64,000 nucleotides of DNA, taken from the human T2T-CHM13v2.0 reference genome, Homo sapiens. Under the pieces are notes generated by a model that made no database searches, was not told the DNA's origin, and was given only the letters and a program-made list of their open reading frames with translations. Positions 15,247 through 28,999 of the stretch are shown here, in pieces. The translations under genes and the position numbers were made by a program. Every line of letters starts with the position of its first letter. The first letter of the stretch is position 1. Location: assembly GCF_009914755.1 (NCBI RefSeq), contig NC_060947.1; one strand, written 5' to 3'.

Positions 15247-18200
15247 ATTCAGGCAAGATAGCTGAATACACACAGCCAGATGGAACACCTGCCACTAAGG
15301 GATCAGGACAACTGGCACACTCTTAACAGATCATCAGAGGGAAGGCACTGAGAGCAAATGGATGGAAGACACAGAAGCTGGGCTGAAGATGGAGAAAGCT
15401 GGGAACCTTCCACCGGGCTACTACCCTGTGGCCACAATACAGGGGATCATTCCTGGCCACCAATGACTTCAGGGGAACGGGTGAGTCAAACTGGCAGAGA
15501 GCAACCTGCTTTTGCCATGGACCTCTGGAATCCTGTCAGGAGGAGACCTCTCAACCACCAGACTCTTATGTTGGCAGGAAGAGCTGTTTAGAGAAGTGGT
15601 AGGGGCAGCCAGTGTCAAGCCCAGAGGGTTTGGTGTGGGAGTGTCTGTGGCAGAACATGGCTAAGGACTCCCATCCTCCTGGGCTCAACTTGCTTCCATA
15701 GAAAACTTTAGCCCTAAGGGAACTTCTACACCTGAAATCTGCAGGGTGGTCTTGCCCTTCAAATGGGGTCAGTCTGACCTGAGCACCTCTTGGTCTGCTG
15801 GCCTCTATCGGGACCCCATCCTGGCCACACCTACTTGCAGTGCAGCCTTAAGTTCCCTGAGGACCCACATCATACCTCTTGCACTAAAAGACCATGCCTA
15901 ACTGACAGAAAGCTCCAGTAGGTTTGTCTCCATGCCACTGACCAGCCCATCTGCTCTCTCCCATCACTGCAGCTTTCCCTAGGCCCATGGCAATCCCCCC
16001 ACATCACTTTGCCAGTGTGTATATGCATGGAGAAATTTTGCCATACTTATCCCACCAGCACTTGTGTGCATGTGCACCATGCCCTATAACTTCTGCCAGC
16101 AGAAATGCACTCTGATCCCCCACCCACCCACTGTACCTCCACTGCCTTTGGAGCCCTGGTAGGCACAGAGCCTCTCAGCCCTGCCCTAACCAGCCTTTTG
16201 CCCCAGTGACAACATGGGTGCTAGAGTGAAACTAGGCATGAACAGCAGACCTTCCCCTACTATGAGCAGCCACAGAGTGCACACATAAACCTGTGCCCAC
16301 CAGTGCCTTGTCCCCATGCTAACACCACCACCAGAGCAATGGCATGCACAGTGGCCAGCAGGGGGCGCCTCTCCGCCTGAGCCATGCTGCCTCCACCTCT
16401 GCTATGAATGAATGCACAAAGACAGGCACCCCAGCACCCACTAGCATTCTTCCTCAGCCAATGAGTGTGCACTCTGCCATGCTGGCTGCTGCACCTGGCA
16501 TATGCAAGGATGGATCCTGCTGCCACCACCCTATAAAATGTTTTAACTGGCACCACTGATCAAAGTGTGGTAACCAGCAGTCCAAGAGCACATTGCCTTC
16601 ACAGAGCAGTGAGTTGCTCACATAGAGGAGCCAAAGAACAAAGCCAAGGTGCAATACAAGTCCCCCAGAGATAGAGTAGGCAGTCCAGAAATTGGGAGCT
16701 GAAACTTGGACCCTAAAATTTTCCAGAAATGAAGCCAGTCAACTGAACCCACCTTATACTATAATAAAATGCTCAAGATTATCAGATAGGATAAAAGGAA
16801 AAATCCAAAAAACAGCAATTTCAAAGACTGAAGTAACACCAGCACAGAAAGATGAGAAAGAACCAGAACTAGAAATCTGACAGCTCAAAAAGCCAGAGTG
16901 CCTTCTTTACTCCAAACAATCACACTAGCTTTAAAACTGGGGTTCTGAGCTGGGCTGAGATGGCTAAAATGACAGAAATAGAATTCAGAATATAAATAGG
17001 AATTAAGATAATTGAGATTCAGGGTACGTTCAAAGCCAATACAAGGAAGAAAATCAATAAAATAATACAGAAGCTGAGAGACAAAATAGCCAGTATAGTA
17101 AAAAACATAATCAACCTGACAGAGCTGTAAAGCACACTGCAATAGTTTTATAATTTAATCATAAATATTAAGAACAGAATAAACAAAGCTTAGGAAAGAA
17201 TCTCAGAGCTTGAAGACTGGCTTTCTGAAATAAGACAGTCAGACAATAATAGAGAAAAAAGGATGAAAAGAAAAAAACAAAATCTCTGAATAATATGGAA
17301 CTGTGTAAGGAGATCAAAACTATGACCCATTGCTGTCTCTGAAATAGATGGGGAGAATGGAAGAAACTCAGGAAACATATTCTGGGATATCATTCATGAC
17401 AACTTCCTCAACCTAGCTAGACAGGCCAATAGGCAAATTCAGAAAATGCAGAGAAACTCAGTAAGATACTTCCCAAGAAGATCATCCCCAAGACACATAA
17501 TCATCAGATTCTCCAATGTCAAAATGTAAGAAAACAATGTTAAAGGCAGCTAGAGAGAAAGGCCAAGTAACCTACAAAGAGAAGTCCATCAAGCTAACAG
17601 CACACATCTCAGCAGCAACCCTATAAAGAAGAAGAGATTTGGGGCCAATATTCAACATCATTAAAGAAATTCCAAGCCAAAATAAGCTTTATAAGCAAAG
17701 AAGAAATAAGATACTTCTCAAACAAGCAAATGCTGAAGGAATTCATTACCATCAGACCTGCCTTACAAGAGCTCCTGAAGAAAGCACTAAATATAAAAAA
17801 GACCATTACCAGCCACAACAAAAACACACTGAAGTATACAAATCAGTGACACTATAAAGCAACCACATAAACCAGTCTGTAAAATAACCAGCTAATGTTA
17901 TAATGACAGAATCAAATCCATACATATCAATACTAACCTTGAATTTGAATAGGCTAAATGCCCCAATTAAAGACACAGAGTGACAAGCTGGATAACAAAC
18001 AAAGACCCATTAGTATGCTGTCTTCAAGAGACCAATTTCACATGAAATGCCACTCATAGACTCAAAATAAAAAGATGAAGAGAAATTTACCAAGCAAAAG
18101 GAAAACAGAAAAAAGCAGAGGTTACAAACCTAATTTCAGACAAAACAGACTTTAAACCTAAAAAGATTTTTAAAAGACAAAAAGGGCATTACATAATGGT

Positions 18201-18565
18201 AAAGGGTTCAATTCAATGAGAAAAGCTAACTATCCTAAGTATATATGCACCCAAGACAGGAGCACCCAGATTTATGAATTTATAAAGATCTTAAAAGCAA
18301 GTTCTTACAGACCTTGAAAAAGATGTGAACTCCCACACTGGAAATTTCAACACCCTACTGACAGTTTTATATCATAGAGGCACAAAGTTAACAAAGATAT
18401 TCAGGACCTAAACTCAGCACTAGATCAAATGGACCCAATAGACGTCTGCAGAACTCTCCTCTCAAAAACAACAAATATACATTCTTCTTATTGCTACATG
18501 GCACATACTCTAAAATTAATCACATAATTGATCATAAAAAAACTTCTCACAAATGTAAAAAAAAA
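15247..18565 (+). mobile_element. L1PA15/16 or L1PB-like 5'UTR, ORF1 and EN domain
   Basis: caagatagctga start, long pyrimidine-rich 5'UTR, degraded ORF1 from ~16852, ORF2 ATGACAGAATCAAATCC at ~17902. Confidence 0.75.
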
Positions 18566-20025
18566 AAACTCACACACCTACAGTGAACTCATTTTGGACA
18601 AAGGTACCAAGAACATACACTGGAGAAAAGACAGTCTTTTCAATAAATGGTGCTGGAAAAACTGGATATTCATATGCAGAAGAATGAAACCAGACCCTAT
18701 CTCTCAAATCAAAATGGAATAAAGTCTTAAATCTAAGATCTCAAACTATTAAACTACTACAAGAAAACATTGGGAAAACTCTCCTGGACATTGGTCTGGA
18801 CAAAGACTTATTGAGTAATACCCCACATGCACAGGCAACCAAAGCAAACATGGACAAATGAGACCACATCAAGATAGAAAGCTTTTGCTCAGCAAAGCAA
18901 ACAATCAACAAAGTGAAGGCACAACCCACAGAATGGAAGAAAATATTTGCAAACTACCAATCTGACAAGGAATTATTAATGGGAATATATGAGAAGCTTG
19001 AACAACTCTATAGAAAAAAATTCTAATAATACGATTTAAATATGGGTGAAAGATATGAATAGACATTTCTCAAAAGAAGACCTACAAATGGAAAACAGGG
19101 ATATGAATTGGTACTCAATACCTTTGTTCATCAGAGAAATGCAAATCAAAACTATAATGAGATATAATCCCACCCCAATTAAAATGGCTCATATCCAAAA
19201 GACAGGCAATAACAAATGTTGGTGAGGATATGGAGAAAAGGGAACACACATACACTCTTGGTGGGAGTGTGTATTAGTAAAACTACTAGGAAGAACAACT
19301 TGGACAGCTCTATTTTATAACACTAGAGCTATCATATGTTCCAACAATCTCATTGCTGGGTATAGACCCAAAAGAAAAAAAAATTAGAATATTGAAGATA
19401 TATCTGCACTCTCATGTTTGTTGCAGCTGTCTTCACAATTGCCAAGATTTGGAAGCAACCTAAGTGTTCATCTACATATGAATGAATAAAGAAAATGTAC
19501 TTACACGCTACTATTCAGCCATAAAAAAGAATGAGATTTAGTCATTTGCAACATTATGAATGAAACTGGAGCTCATTATGTTAAATGAAATAAGCCAGGC
19601 ACAAAAGGACAAAGCACATGTTTACACTTACTTGTGGGATTTAAAAATTAAAACAATTGATCTCATGGAGATAGAGAGTAGAAAGGTGGTTACCAGAGGC
19701 TAGGAAAGGTAGTGGTTGGGCGGGAGAGATGTGGGGATTGTTAATGTGTACAAAAAGGTAACTAGAGTAAATGAATAAGACCTATTATTTGATAGCACAA
19801 CCACTTAACTATAGTCAATAATTTAGTTGTACATTTTAAAATAACTGAAAGAGTATAATTAGATTGTTTGTAATGCAAAAGATAAATGCTTGAGGGGATG
19901 GGTATCTCACTTCTTATGATGTGATTATTTTACACTGCATGCCTCTGTCAAAATATCTTATGAACCCCATAAATACATACACTTACTATGTACTCATAAA
20001 ACTTAAAAATAAAGAAGTATTTAAA
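18566..20025 (+). mobile_element. L1MA1-3-like ORF2 3' part and 3'UTR
   Basis: [28 protein letters not shown]; L1MA 3'UTR motifs. Confidence 0.75.
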
Positions 20026-20029
20026 TAAA

Positions 20030-20857
20030 GAAATGGACAAAGGGCCTGAATGGATATTTATCACTAATGATCAGGAAAATGCAAATCAAAACCACACACA
20101 GATATCACCTCACTCCTGTTAGGGTGTTACTACAACAAGTCAAATAACATATGTTGACAAGAATTTGTAGAAAAGGGAACACTTGTACATCATAGGTGGG
20201 AATGTAAATTGGTACAACCATTATGTAAACAGTATGGAGCTTTCCCCAAAAAATAAATATAGGCCATATGACCTGGGAAACCCACTTCTGGATATATACG
20301 CAAAGAAAATAAAATGACTGTCCTGAAAAGACATTTACCTTCCCATGTTCACTGCAGTTTCATTTACAATAGCCAGGTATGGAAACAACTTATGTGTTCG
20401 TCAACAGATGAATGAATAGAGAAAATGTGTATATACACAATAAAATACTATTCAGCCTTTTAAAAAGGAGGAAATCTTGCCATTTTCAACTACATGGATG
20501 AACCTGAAAGACATTATGCTCAGTAAAATAAGCCAGACACAGAAAGACAAGTACTGTATGATTTTACTTATATGGGGAATCTAAAAAAGTTGGACTTATA
20601 GAAGCTGAGAGTGGAATGATGGTTGTCAGGTTTGGAGGGGTGGAGAAAAATAGGTTAGTCAAAGGATGCAGACTTTCAGTTAAAAAGTGAAAAGTTATGG
20701 AGCTATAATGTACATCATGGTGAATATTGTTAATAGTAATGTATACTTGAAATTTGCTAGGAAAATAGATCTTCAGCATTCTCATCGAAGAAGGGGCAAA
20801 TATGTGAGGTGGTTAATAGGTTAATTAGCTTAATTGGAGGAATTGTTTCACAACGTA
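20030..20857 (+). mobile_element. L1MA8/9-like 3' fragment; terminus resumes at ~25275-25330
   Basis: 3'UTR breaks after ttgtttcacaacgtat and resumes at taccttaaat...cataaaaaagtggg. Confidence 0.6.
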
Positions 20858-21435
20858 TTTTTCATTATTTTTAAATTTTTAATTTTTGTGTGTACATAGT
20901 ATGTGTATATATTTATGGGGTACATGAGATGTTCTGATACAGACATGCAATGCATATCATGGATAATGGGATATTTATCTCCTCAAACATTTATCCTTTG
21001 TGTTACAATCTGATTGTACTTTTTTAAGTTATTTTATATGTACAATTAAATTATTATTTACTATATTCACCCTGTGGTGTTATCAAATATTAGGTCTTAT
21101 TCATTCTTTTCTACTTTGTACATATTAACTATCCCCACCTTTCCCCATCAACCCCACCCCACTAACCTTCCCAGCCTCTTATGACCATCCTTCTACTCTT
21201 TATGTCCATTAGATCAATTGTTTTGATTTTTACATCCCACAAATAAGGGAGAATATGCAAAGTTTGTCTTTCTGTCTCTGGCTTATTTCTCTAAACATAA
21301 TGATGTCCAGTACCATCTATGTAGTTGCAAATGACAAGATCTCATTCTTTTTTATGGCTGAATAGTACTCCATTGTGTGTATATGTATCACATTTTCTTT
21401 ATCCACCCATTAGTCAATGGGCACTTAAGTTGGTT
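20858..21435 (-). mobile_element. L1MA-like 3' end, antisense
   Basis: T-rich tail followed by ggggtacatgagatgttctgatacagacatgcaatg. Confidence 0.75.
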
Positions 21436-24400
21436 CTTTTTAAATTTTTAAAAATATATATATTTTATTTACATAGCTTTTGGGGTACAAGTGGTTTTTT
21501 GTTACATGGATGAATTATATAGTGGCTAATTGTGAGATTTTGGTGCACCCATCACCCAGGTAGTGTACATTGTACTTAATGTTTTTTTATCCCTACACCC
21601 CTCCTAACCTCTCCCTTCTGAGTCTCTTAAGTCCATTACATCACTCTATATGCCTTTGTGTACTAGTAGCTTAGCTCTGACTTATAAGTGAGAATATATG
21701 GTTTTTGGTTAAGTCCTGTGTTATTTCACTTAAAATAATGGCTTTCTGCTCCAATCAAGTTACTGCAAAGACATTATTTTATTCCTTTTTATGGCTGAGT
21801 AGTATTCCATGGTGTATTTATACTATATTTTCTTCATCCACTCATTAGTTGATGGGCACTTAAGTTGGTTCCACATCTTTGCAATTGTGAATTGTGTTGC
21901 AATGCATGTCGTTTTCAGATAATGACTCTTCTTCCTTTGTGTGAATACACAGTAGTGGGACTGCTGGGTCGAATGATAGATCTACTTTTCGCTCTGTAAG
22001 GAATCTTCAATACTGTTTTTCACAGAAGTTGTACTAATTTATATTCAGCCAGCAGGATATAAGTGTTCTCTTTTCCTCACATCCACATCAATATTTATTG
22101 TTGTTTGACTTTTTAATAATGGTTATTCTTGCAGGAGTAAAGGTGTGTCTCACTGTGGTTTTAATTGGCATTTTTCTGATGATTAGAAATGTTGAGCATT
22201 TTTCCATATGACTGTTGGCCATTTGTATATCTTCTTTTTAGAAATGTCTATTCATGTCATTTGCCCACTTTTTGATGGGATTATTTGGGTTTTATTCTTG
22301 TGAATTTCTTTGGGTTCCTTGTAGAGTCTAGATATTAGTCCTTTGCTGGATGCATAGATTGCAAATATTTTCTCCCATTCTGTGGGTTGTCTGTTTACTC
22401 TGGTATTATTATTATTTAACTGTGCAGAAACCTTTTTAGTTTAATTAGGTCCCATTTATTTATTTTTGTTTTGTTGCACTTGCTTTAAGGATCTTAGTCC
22501 TGAATTATTTGTGTAAGCTTATGTCTAGAAGAGTTTTTCCAATGTTGTGTTGTAGAATTGTTATGGTTTCATGTATTATATTTAAGTCTTTGAACCATCT
22601 TGCATTGATTTTTGTATAAGGTGAGAGATAAAATCCAGTTTCATTCTTCTACATGTGGCTTTCCAGTTTTCCCAGCACCATTTATTAAATAGGGTATCCA
22701 TTCTCCAATTATATTTTTTATGCCTTGCCAATGATCAGTTGGTTGCACATATTTGGTTTACTTCTGGATTCTCTATTCTGGTCCATTTGGTCTATGTATC
22801 TACTTTTATAACAGTACCATGCTGTTTTTGTGACTATAGCCTTGTTGTATAATTTTAAGTGTGGCAATGCAATGTTCCCTGAATTGTTCTTTTTGCTTAG
22901 GATTACTTTGGCTATTTGGGCCCTTTTTATTCCATATAAATTTCAGAATTGCTTTTTCTAATTCAGTAAAAAATGATATTCATATTTTGATGGGAATTGC
23001 ATTAAATCTGTAAATTACTTTCAGCCATCTGGTCATTTTCACAATATTGATTCTTCCAATCCATGAATATGTAATATGCTTCCATTTGTTTGTGTTATCT
23101 ATAATTTCTTTCAGCAGTGTTTTGTAGTTCTTTTTGTAGATATCTGTCACCTCCTTGGTTAAGTATATTCCTAGGGTTTTCTTGCAGCCGTTGTAAAAGG
23201 GATTGAGTTCTTGATTTAATTCTCAGCATGACTGTTGTTAGTGTATAGCAGTGCTACTCATTTGTGTACATTGATTTTGTAACCTGATACTTCGAATTTT
23301 TTAAATCAAATCTAAGAGTCTTTTGGAGGAGTCTTTAGGATTTTCTAGGTATATAATCATATCATTTGCAATCAGTGATAGTTTGACTTCCTCTTTTTCA
23401 ATTTTGACGCCCTTCATTTTTTTCCCTTGCCTAATTGCTCTGGCTAGGACTTCCAGAATTATGTTGTATAGGAGTGGTAAAAGTGGGAAAACTTGCCTTG
23501 TTCCTGTTCTCAGGGGGAATACTTTCAACTTTTCCCCATTCAGTACGATGTTGACTCTGTGTTTGTCTTACATAACATTATTTTGAGGTAGGTTCTTTTG
23601 ATGCCTAGTTTGTTGAGTGTTTTTATCATAAAGGAAAGCTGAATTTTATGGAATGCTTTTTCTCCATCTCTTGAGATAATGATATGGTTTTTGTGTTTAA
23701 TTCTGTTCATGCAATGTATCACATTTATTGATTTATGTATGTTAAACCATCCCTGAATCTCTGGGATAAAACTCACTTTATCATGATGTGTTCTTTTTGA
23801 TGTGTTGTTGGATCAGTTAGTATTTTGTTGAGGATTTTTTTAGTCCCTCAGCAGTGGGTAGCAGCACCAGATCTAATAAGAGTGGAAGGTAAATGACATA
23901 GACTCTGTGGTATTCCTGGGTTATGAGAGTCTTAGCATGTTGGCTTTCTCAAATGGCAGCTATTGCAGTAATGAACTGGTTATGTGGACAGACTCAGGAC
24001 CTCCTGGTTAGCCAGAGTGGTGCAGGCAGTGGTAATAGCTGAGGTCACACAGCTATTTTCTCTTTCCTGGGCACAGTGTTATTCTATCAAGAGATGTCGT
24101 AATAAATTGTGTTGGTTGGCCTCCAGCCAGGAAATGGTGCTTGCAAAAGAGCAACAGGCACAATAGTAGCAGTGGGATTTTTCTTCCCTTATGTTGCCCA
24201 GGGTGGGTACTCTGGTTTTTCAGACAATGGGGAGAGCCTTATAGCTCCCCAAAGTTTCTGTCTTTTGTGTTAAGCTACCAGGGCTGGTGGTGGGGCAAAG
24301 TAAGGTGGGGACTGGGTCAGGTGGGTTTGTGGTTTCACTCTCCATGTGCAGTGCAAGCAGCAGCCCCTGTGGGTGTTTGGGGGTAGGGGGGTTCTAAAGC

Positions 24401-25267
24401 TTCTGGGTTGATGATCCAGAGCAGAATGATGCTGCCTCTGCTGCACAGAAAAGTTCACACAGGGAATGGGGAGTATCAGGTGGCAGTAAGACCCACATAG
24501 ATCCCACACACTTGGTGAGGCAGATCCATTCCCACAGTATTCCACTGGCAACAGAAAACTAAGTTCCAGGCAGCCTGCACTCAGAAATTGCAACTGCCAT
24601 AGGTTATAAACTTTCCCTGCAGAGACACCAATTATGGGTTTCCAGCCATACCCTTTCTCTTCACCCACAAAACCAGGTGCCTGGTTCCTGCACTCGTGGA
24701 TGCAGCTTGCTTTTCACTGGCCCCCCCAGCCCTGGCAAACGGAATTCATCCCCACGTGAGGTTACATTATGAAACCCAGTTGGGGACTTCTTTCAACCTA
24801 CAACCACTGTCTGAACTATTTGGCTGACTTTCACATGGTCCCCTGTGAGGAATAATAAAGAATGGTTTCCTTTGGTGTGCACCGGTGATTGGAAGTGCAT
24901 ACAAGGGTCTTCCCACCACTGCTCCTACTTTTATATTCCATGACTCTTCCCAAGTTGGTTCCTGCACTGGGTAGGGTTAAGGCCTTCCCCCATAGCCTGA
25001 ACTTTCAAGCTCCCTAGTGAGGTTGTAGATCCCAGAGTCAGTCTTTCCCTCTCACAGTTTGGGGACTCATAGCCTTTCACCTGACGCACAGTGTAGTCTG
25101 CAGCCTGCCAGCTCCTTCAAAAGGTCTGTGGATTCCTTCAGTTTTACTGTTTAGTTCCCATGTCACTTCTTGGAAATAAAGAACATTTACAGTGTGAATC
25201 TCTACACACTATTTTGTTCTTCTAAGTGAGACAAGTAAGCTAGCAATGCCTCTAATCTGCCATCTTC
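21436..25267 (-). mobile_element. L1PB-like LINE-1, antisense, with a large internal deletion at ~23840 joining RT directly to the 5'UTR
   Basis: L1PB 3'UTR; minus RT ORFs 23301-23528 and 23540-23776; 5' start gcctctaatctgccatctt (rc AAGATGGCAGATTAGAGGC) at ~25248-25266. Confidence 0.8.
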
Positions 25268-25334
25268 AAAAAAACTTTTATACCTTAAATGGATGCATTT
25301 TTTATCACTCATACTGCCATAAAAAAGTGGGCAA

Positions 25335-26425
25335 CTGTTCATGACTTTAGATTTAGAGATGAATTCTTAGCTATGACAGCAAAAGCACAAAAAAAGCAAA
25401 AGAAAAATAGATCAATTGGATCTTTACAAAATTAAAAAATATATACACATAAAAGAACACTATTACAAAGTGAAAAGACAATCCACAGAATGAGAAAAAT
25501 TATTTGCAAACCATATTTCTGATAAAGGTGTAGTACCCAAAATATTTAAACAATGTTTACAATTCAATAACAAGAAGACAAAGAAACCCAATGATACAAA
25601 TAAGCAAATGACTTAAACATATATTTCTCTAAAGAAGATATACAAAGAACCAATAAACACATGAAATGATGCTCAACATTATTAGCCATCAGGAAAATGC
25701 AAATCAAAACCACATTGTGATACTACTTCACATCCACCAAATATGAAGTGTTGGTGAGAATGTAGAATAATTAGAACCCTCATACATTGCTACTCAAAAT
25801 CTAAAATATCATAGTTGCTATGGAAAGCATTGTGGCATTTCCTCAAACTGTTAAACACAGAACTACCATGTGACTCAGCAATTCTGCTTGTAGATATATT
25901 TCCAAAAGAATTGATAATAGGTATTCAATCAAGAACTTGTACAGAAATTGTACTGTAGTGTTGTGTTTTATAGCAGCACTATTCACAATAGTCCAAAGTT
26001 GAAAACAAACCAAATACGTCCACCAATGATAAATGGATGATAATCCAAATGTGGTATATCCATATAATAAAATATGATTCAGCCAAAAAAGGAATGACAT
26101 ACTGATACATGCCATAACAAAAATGAACTTGGAAAAATGATGTTAAATAAAAGAAATCATACAAAAAAGGTCACATATTGTATGATTACATTTATATTAA
26201 ATATTCAGAATAGGTAAATCCATAGAGACAGAAGGAAAAAGTCATCAGAAGTGGTTAGGAGGATAGCACGAATGGGGAGTGATTGGTTAATGTGAATGGA
26301 ATTTCCTTTTAGGGTGATAAAGATGTTTTAGAACTAGATAGAGGTGATAGTTGCACACTGTTACAAATGTACTAAATTGTACACATTGAAGTGGTTAATT
26401 TTATGTTATGTGAGTTTCACTTTAA
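25335..26425 (+). mobile_element. L1MB-like ORF2 3' end and 3'UTR
   Basis: Degraded ORF2 C-terminus; L1MB 3'UTR (ggtaaatccatagagacagaa..., tagaggtgatagttgcac). Confidence 0.75.
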
Positions 26426-26429
26426 AAGA

Positions 26430-28560
26430 GAAAGAAACAAAGGTCATTTAAATTGTAAAGAAGGACGTAAAATTGTCCCTGTTTGCAGACATGATGTTTT
26501 AAATAGAAAAGCATAAAGATTTCACCAAAAAAACGTTTAGAACTTATAAACAAATTTAGTAATAAGGTTGCAGGATACAAAATCAATCTACAAATTCAGC
26601 AGCATTTCTACACATACACAAAAAAGTAGCTGAAAAGTAAATCAAGAAAGAAATTCCATTTACAAATAGCTACCAAAAAATAAAATACCTAAGTATAAAT
26701 TTAACCAAGGAGGTGAAAGATCTCTATAAGAAAAACTATAAAACACTGATGAAAAAAATTAAAGAGGATATAAACAAATGGAAAGACATCCCATGTTCAT
26801 GGATCACAAGAATTATATTTTTAAAATGACCATACTACTCAAAGAAATCTGGATTCAAGGTAATCTCTATCAAAATACTAATGACATTCTTCACAGAAAT
26901 AGGAAAAAAAATCCTAAAAATTTTTGTGGAACCACAAAAGACCCAGAATAGCCAAAGCCATCCTGAGCAAAAAGAACAAGCTGGAGCTATCACACTACCA
27001 TGTTTCAAAATGTACTGCAAAGCTACAGTAACAAGCACAGCATGGTACTGGTATAAAAATAGACACACAGACCAATGAAAGAGAGGAAATAACCCAGAAA
27101 TTAATATAAGAATCTACAGCCAACTTGTGTTTTACAAAAGTGCCAAGAACATTCATTGGGGAAAGAATAGTCTCTTCAATAAATGGTGCTTTCAAACTAG
27201 GTATCCATGTGTAGAAATATAAGACTAGACCCACACCTCTCATCCTATAGAAAAATCAACTCAAAATGAATCAAAGACATAAATGTAAGACCCAAGACTA
27301 CAAAACTACTAGAAGAAAACCCAGGGGAAACAGTCTAGGATATTGGTCTGGAAAAATACTTTTTGAATAAGACCACGAAAGCACAGACAACCAAAGTAAA
27401 AATAAACAAATGGGATTATATCAAACTGCAAAGCTCCTTCATAGCAAAAGAAACAATCAACAGAGTGAAAATACAACCTACAGAATGGGAGAAAACATTT
27501 GCAAACTACTCATCTGGCAGGGGATCAATACCCAGAATATAAAAGACATTCAAATATCTCAACAGCAAAAAAAAAAAAAACAAAAAATCTGATTTTAAAA
27601 TGAGAAAATTATCTGAACATACATTTCTCAAAAGAAGACATACAAGTGGCCTAGAAATATATTTTAAAAATTGATGATCGTTATTACTAATGATGACTAA
27701 CAGTGATGATAATAATATCACTAATCATTACAGAAATGCAAATCAAATCCACAATGAGGTACTGTTACATCCCAGTTAGAATCACTATTATCAAAAACAC
27801 AAAAAATAACAAGTGCTGCCAAAGATGCAGAGAAAAAAAACATTTGATTGACTCTTGGTGGGAATGTAAGCTAGTACAGCCACTATGGAGAACAATATGA
27901 AGCTTCCTCACAAAACTACACATAGAACTACCATATGATTCAGCAATCCCACTACAGAATATTTATCCAAAAGAAAGGAAATGGAGATATTGAGGAGATA
28001 TCTGCTGCCCTACCCTTGTTTATTGCAGCACTATTTACAATAGACAAGACATGGAATCTAACTAGATGTCCAACAACAGATGAATGGATAAAGAAAATCT
28101 GTTTATATACAGTGGAATAATATTTTGCCATAAAAAGAATGAAATCCTGTCATTCATGCAACATGAATGGAATTAGAGGGCATTATGTTAAGTAAAATAA
28201 GCCAGGAAAAGAAAATTAAGCACTGCATGTTTTCACACATATGTGAAAGCTTAAAAAAAAAAAAAACAGGTTGATCTCAGAGAAGTTAAAAAGTAGATCA
28301 AAGGATGCTAGGGGTTAGGAAGAGTAGGGGGAAGGAATGCATAGGGAGAGGTTTTATTAGGAGAAATAAGTTATTGTAATCTATACCACCATAGGATGGC
28401 TACAGTTAACAGTTTTATATATATATGATAAATATTTAAGATGATGGATACACTAATTATTCTTTTCTCATCACCATACATTATATGTATTGAAACATCA
28501 TTATGTGTCCTGTGAATATGTGCAATTGTTATATGTCAACTAAAAATAAAATAAAATAAT
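26430..28560 (+). mobile_element. L1MA-like 5'-truncated LINE-1 (RT to 3' end)
   Basis: gtccctgtttgcagac (FAD region), [14 protein letters not shown], 3'UTR and taaaa tail. Confidence 0.8.
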
Positions 28561-28659
28561 TTTTTCAATGTTTTAAGTCAGCAGATAAACAAAGTATAAG
28601 AGAAACCCAGTCATCCCAAGGATCTCCCTTGAAACCCAAATGTTTCAAGACTATGATTT

Positions 28660-28875
28660 GGAAACAGTGGGAGGCAGGAGAAAGACCCTTGGGATGAGTT
28701 TATAAATCAAAATTTACACTCCATTATTAATTAGTTGCATGAGCTGAGGCAAGTTATGTAACATCTTTGAGGGTCAGTTTTTGCATTTTCAAAATGGGGA
28801 ATATCAAATTTGCTGTCCTTACCAGAAAAAGTTTCAGGAAAGTAACACACAATAAGTGTTCTATAAAAGCAGCAT
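28660..28875. mobile_element. MIR SINE
   Basis: ggcaagttatgtaacatctttgagggtcagtttttgcattttcaaaatgggg core. Confidence 0.6.
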
Positions 28876-28999
28876 ATGCATTAATGTCCCCAAAAACCAA
28901 CTCCATGGACTTGTTGTGAGAGAAAAATGAGTCAATGAGTGAAAAATTACTTGATGTCAAAGGGCTAGCTGAATAGTCAAATATATACCTGCTCCTTTC

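Noticed and set aside
21417-21870. Repeated GGGCACTTAAGTTGGTTC at ~21419 and ~21854 as a TSD
   Set aside because: The copies are homologous positions of two adjacent antisense L1 3' ends, not flanks of one insert.
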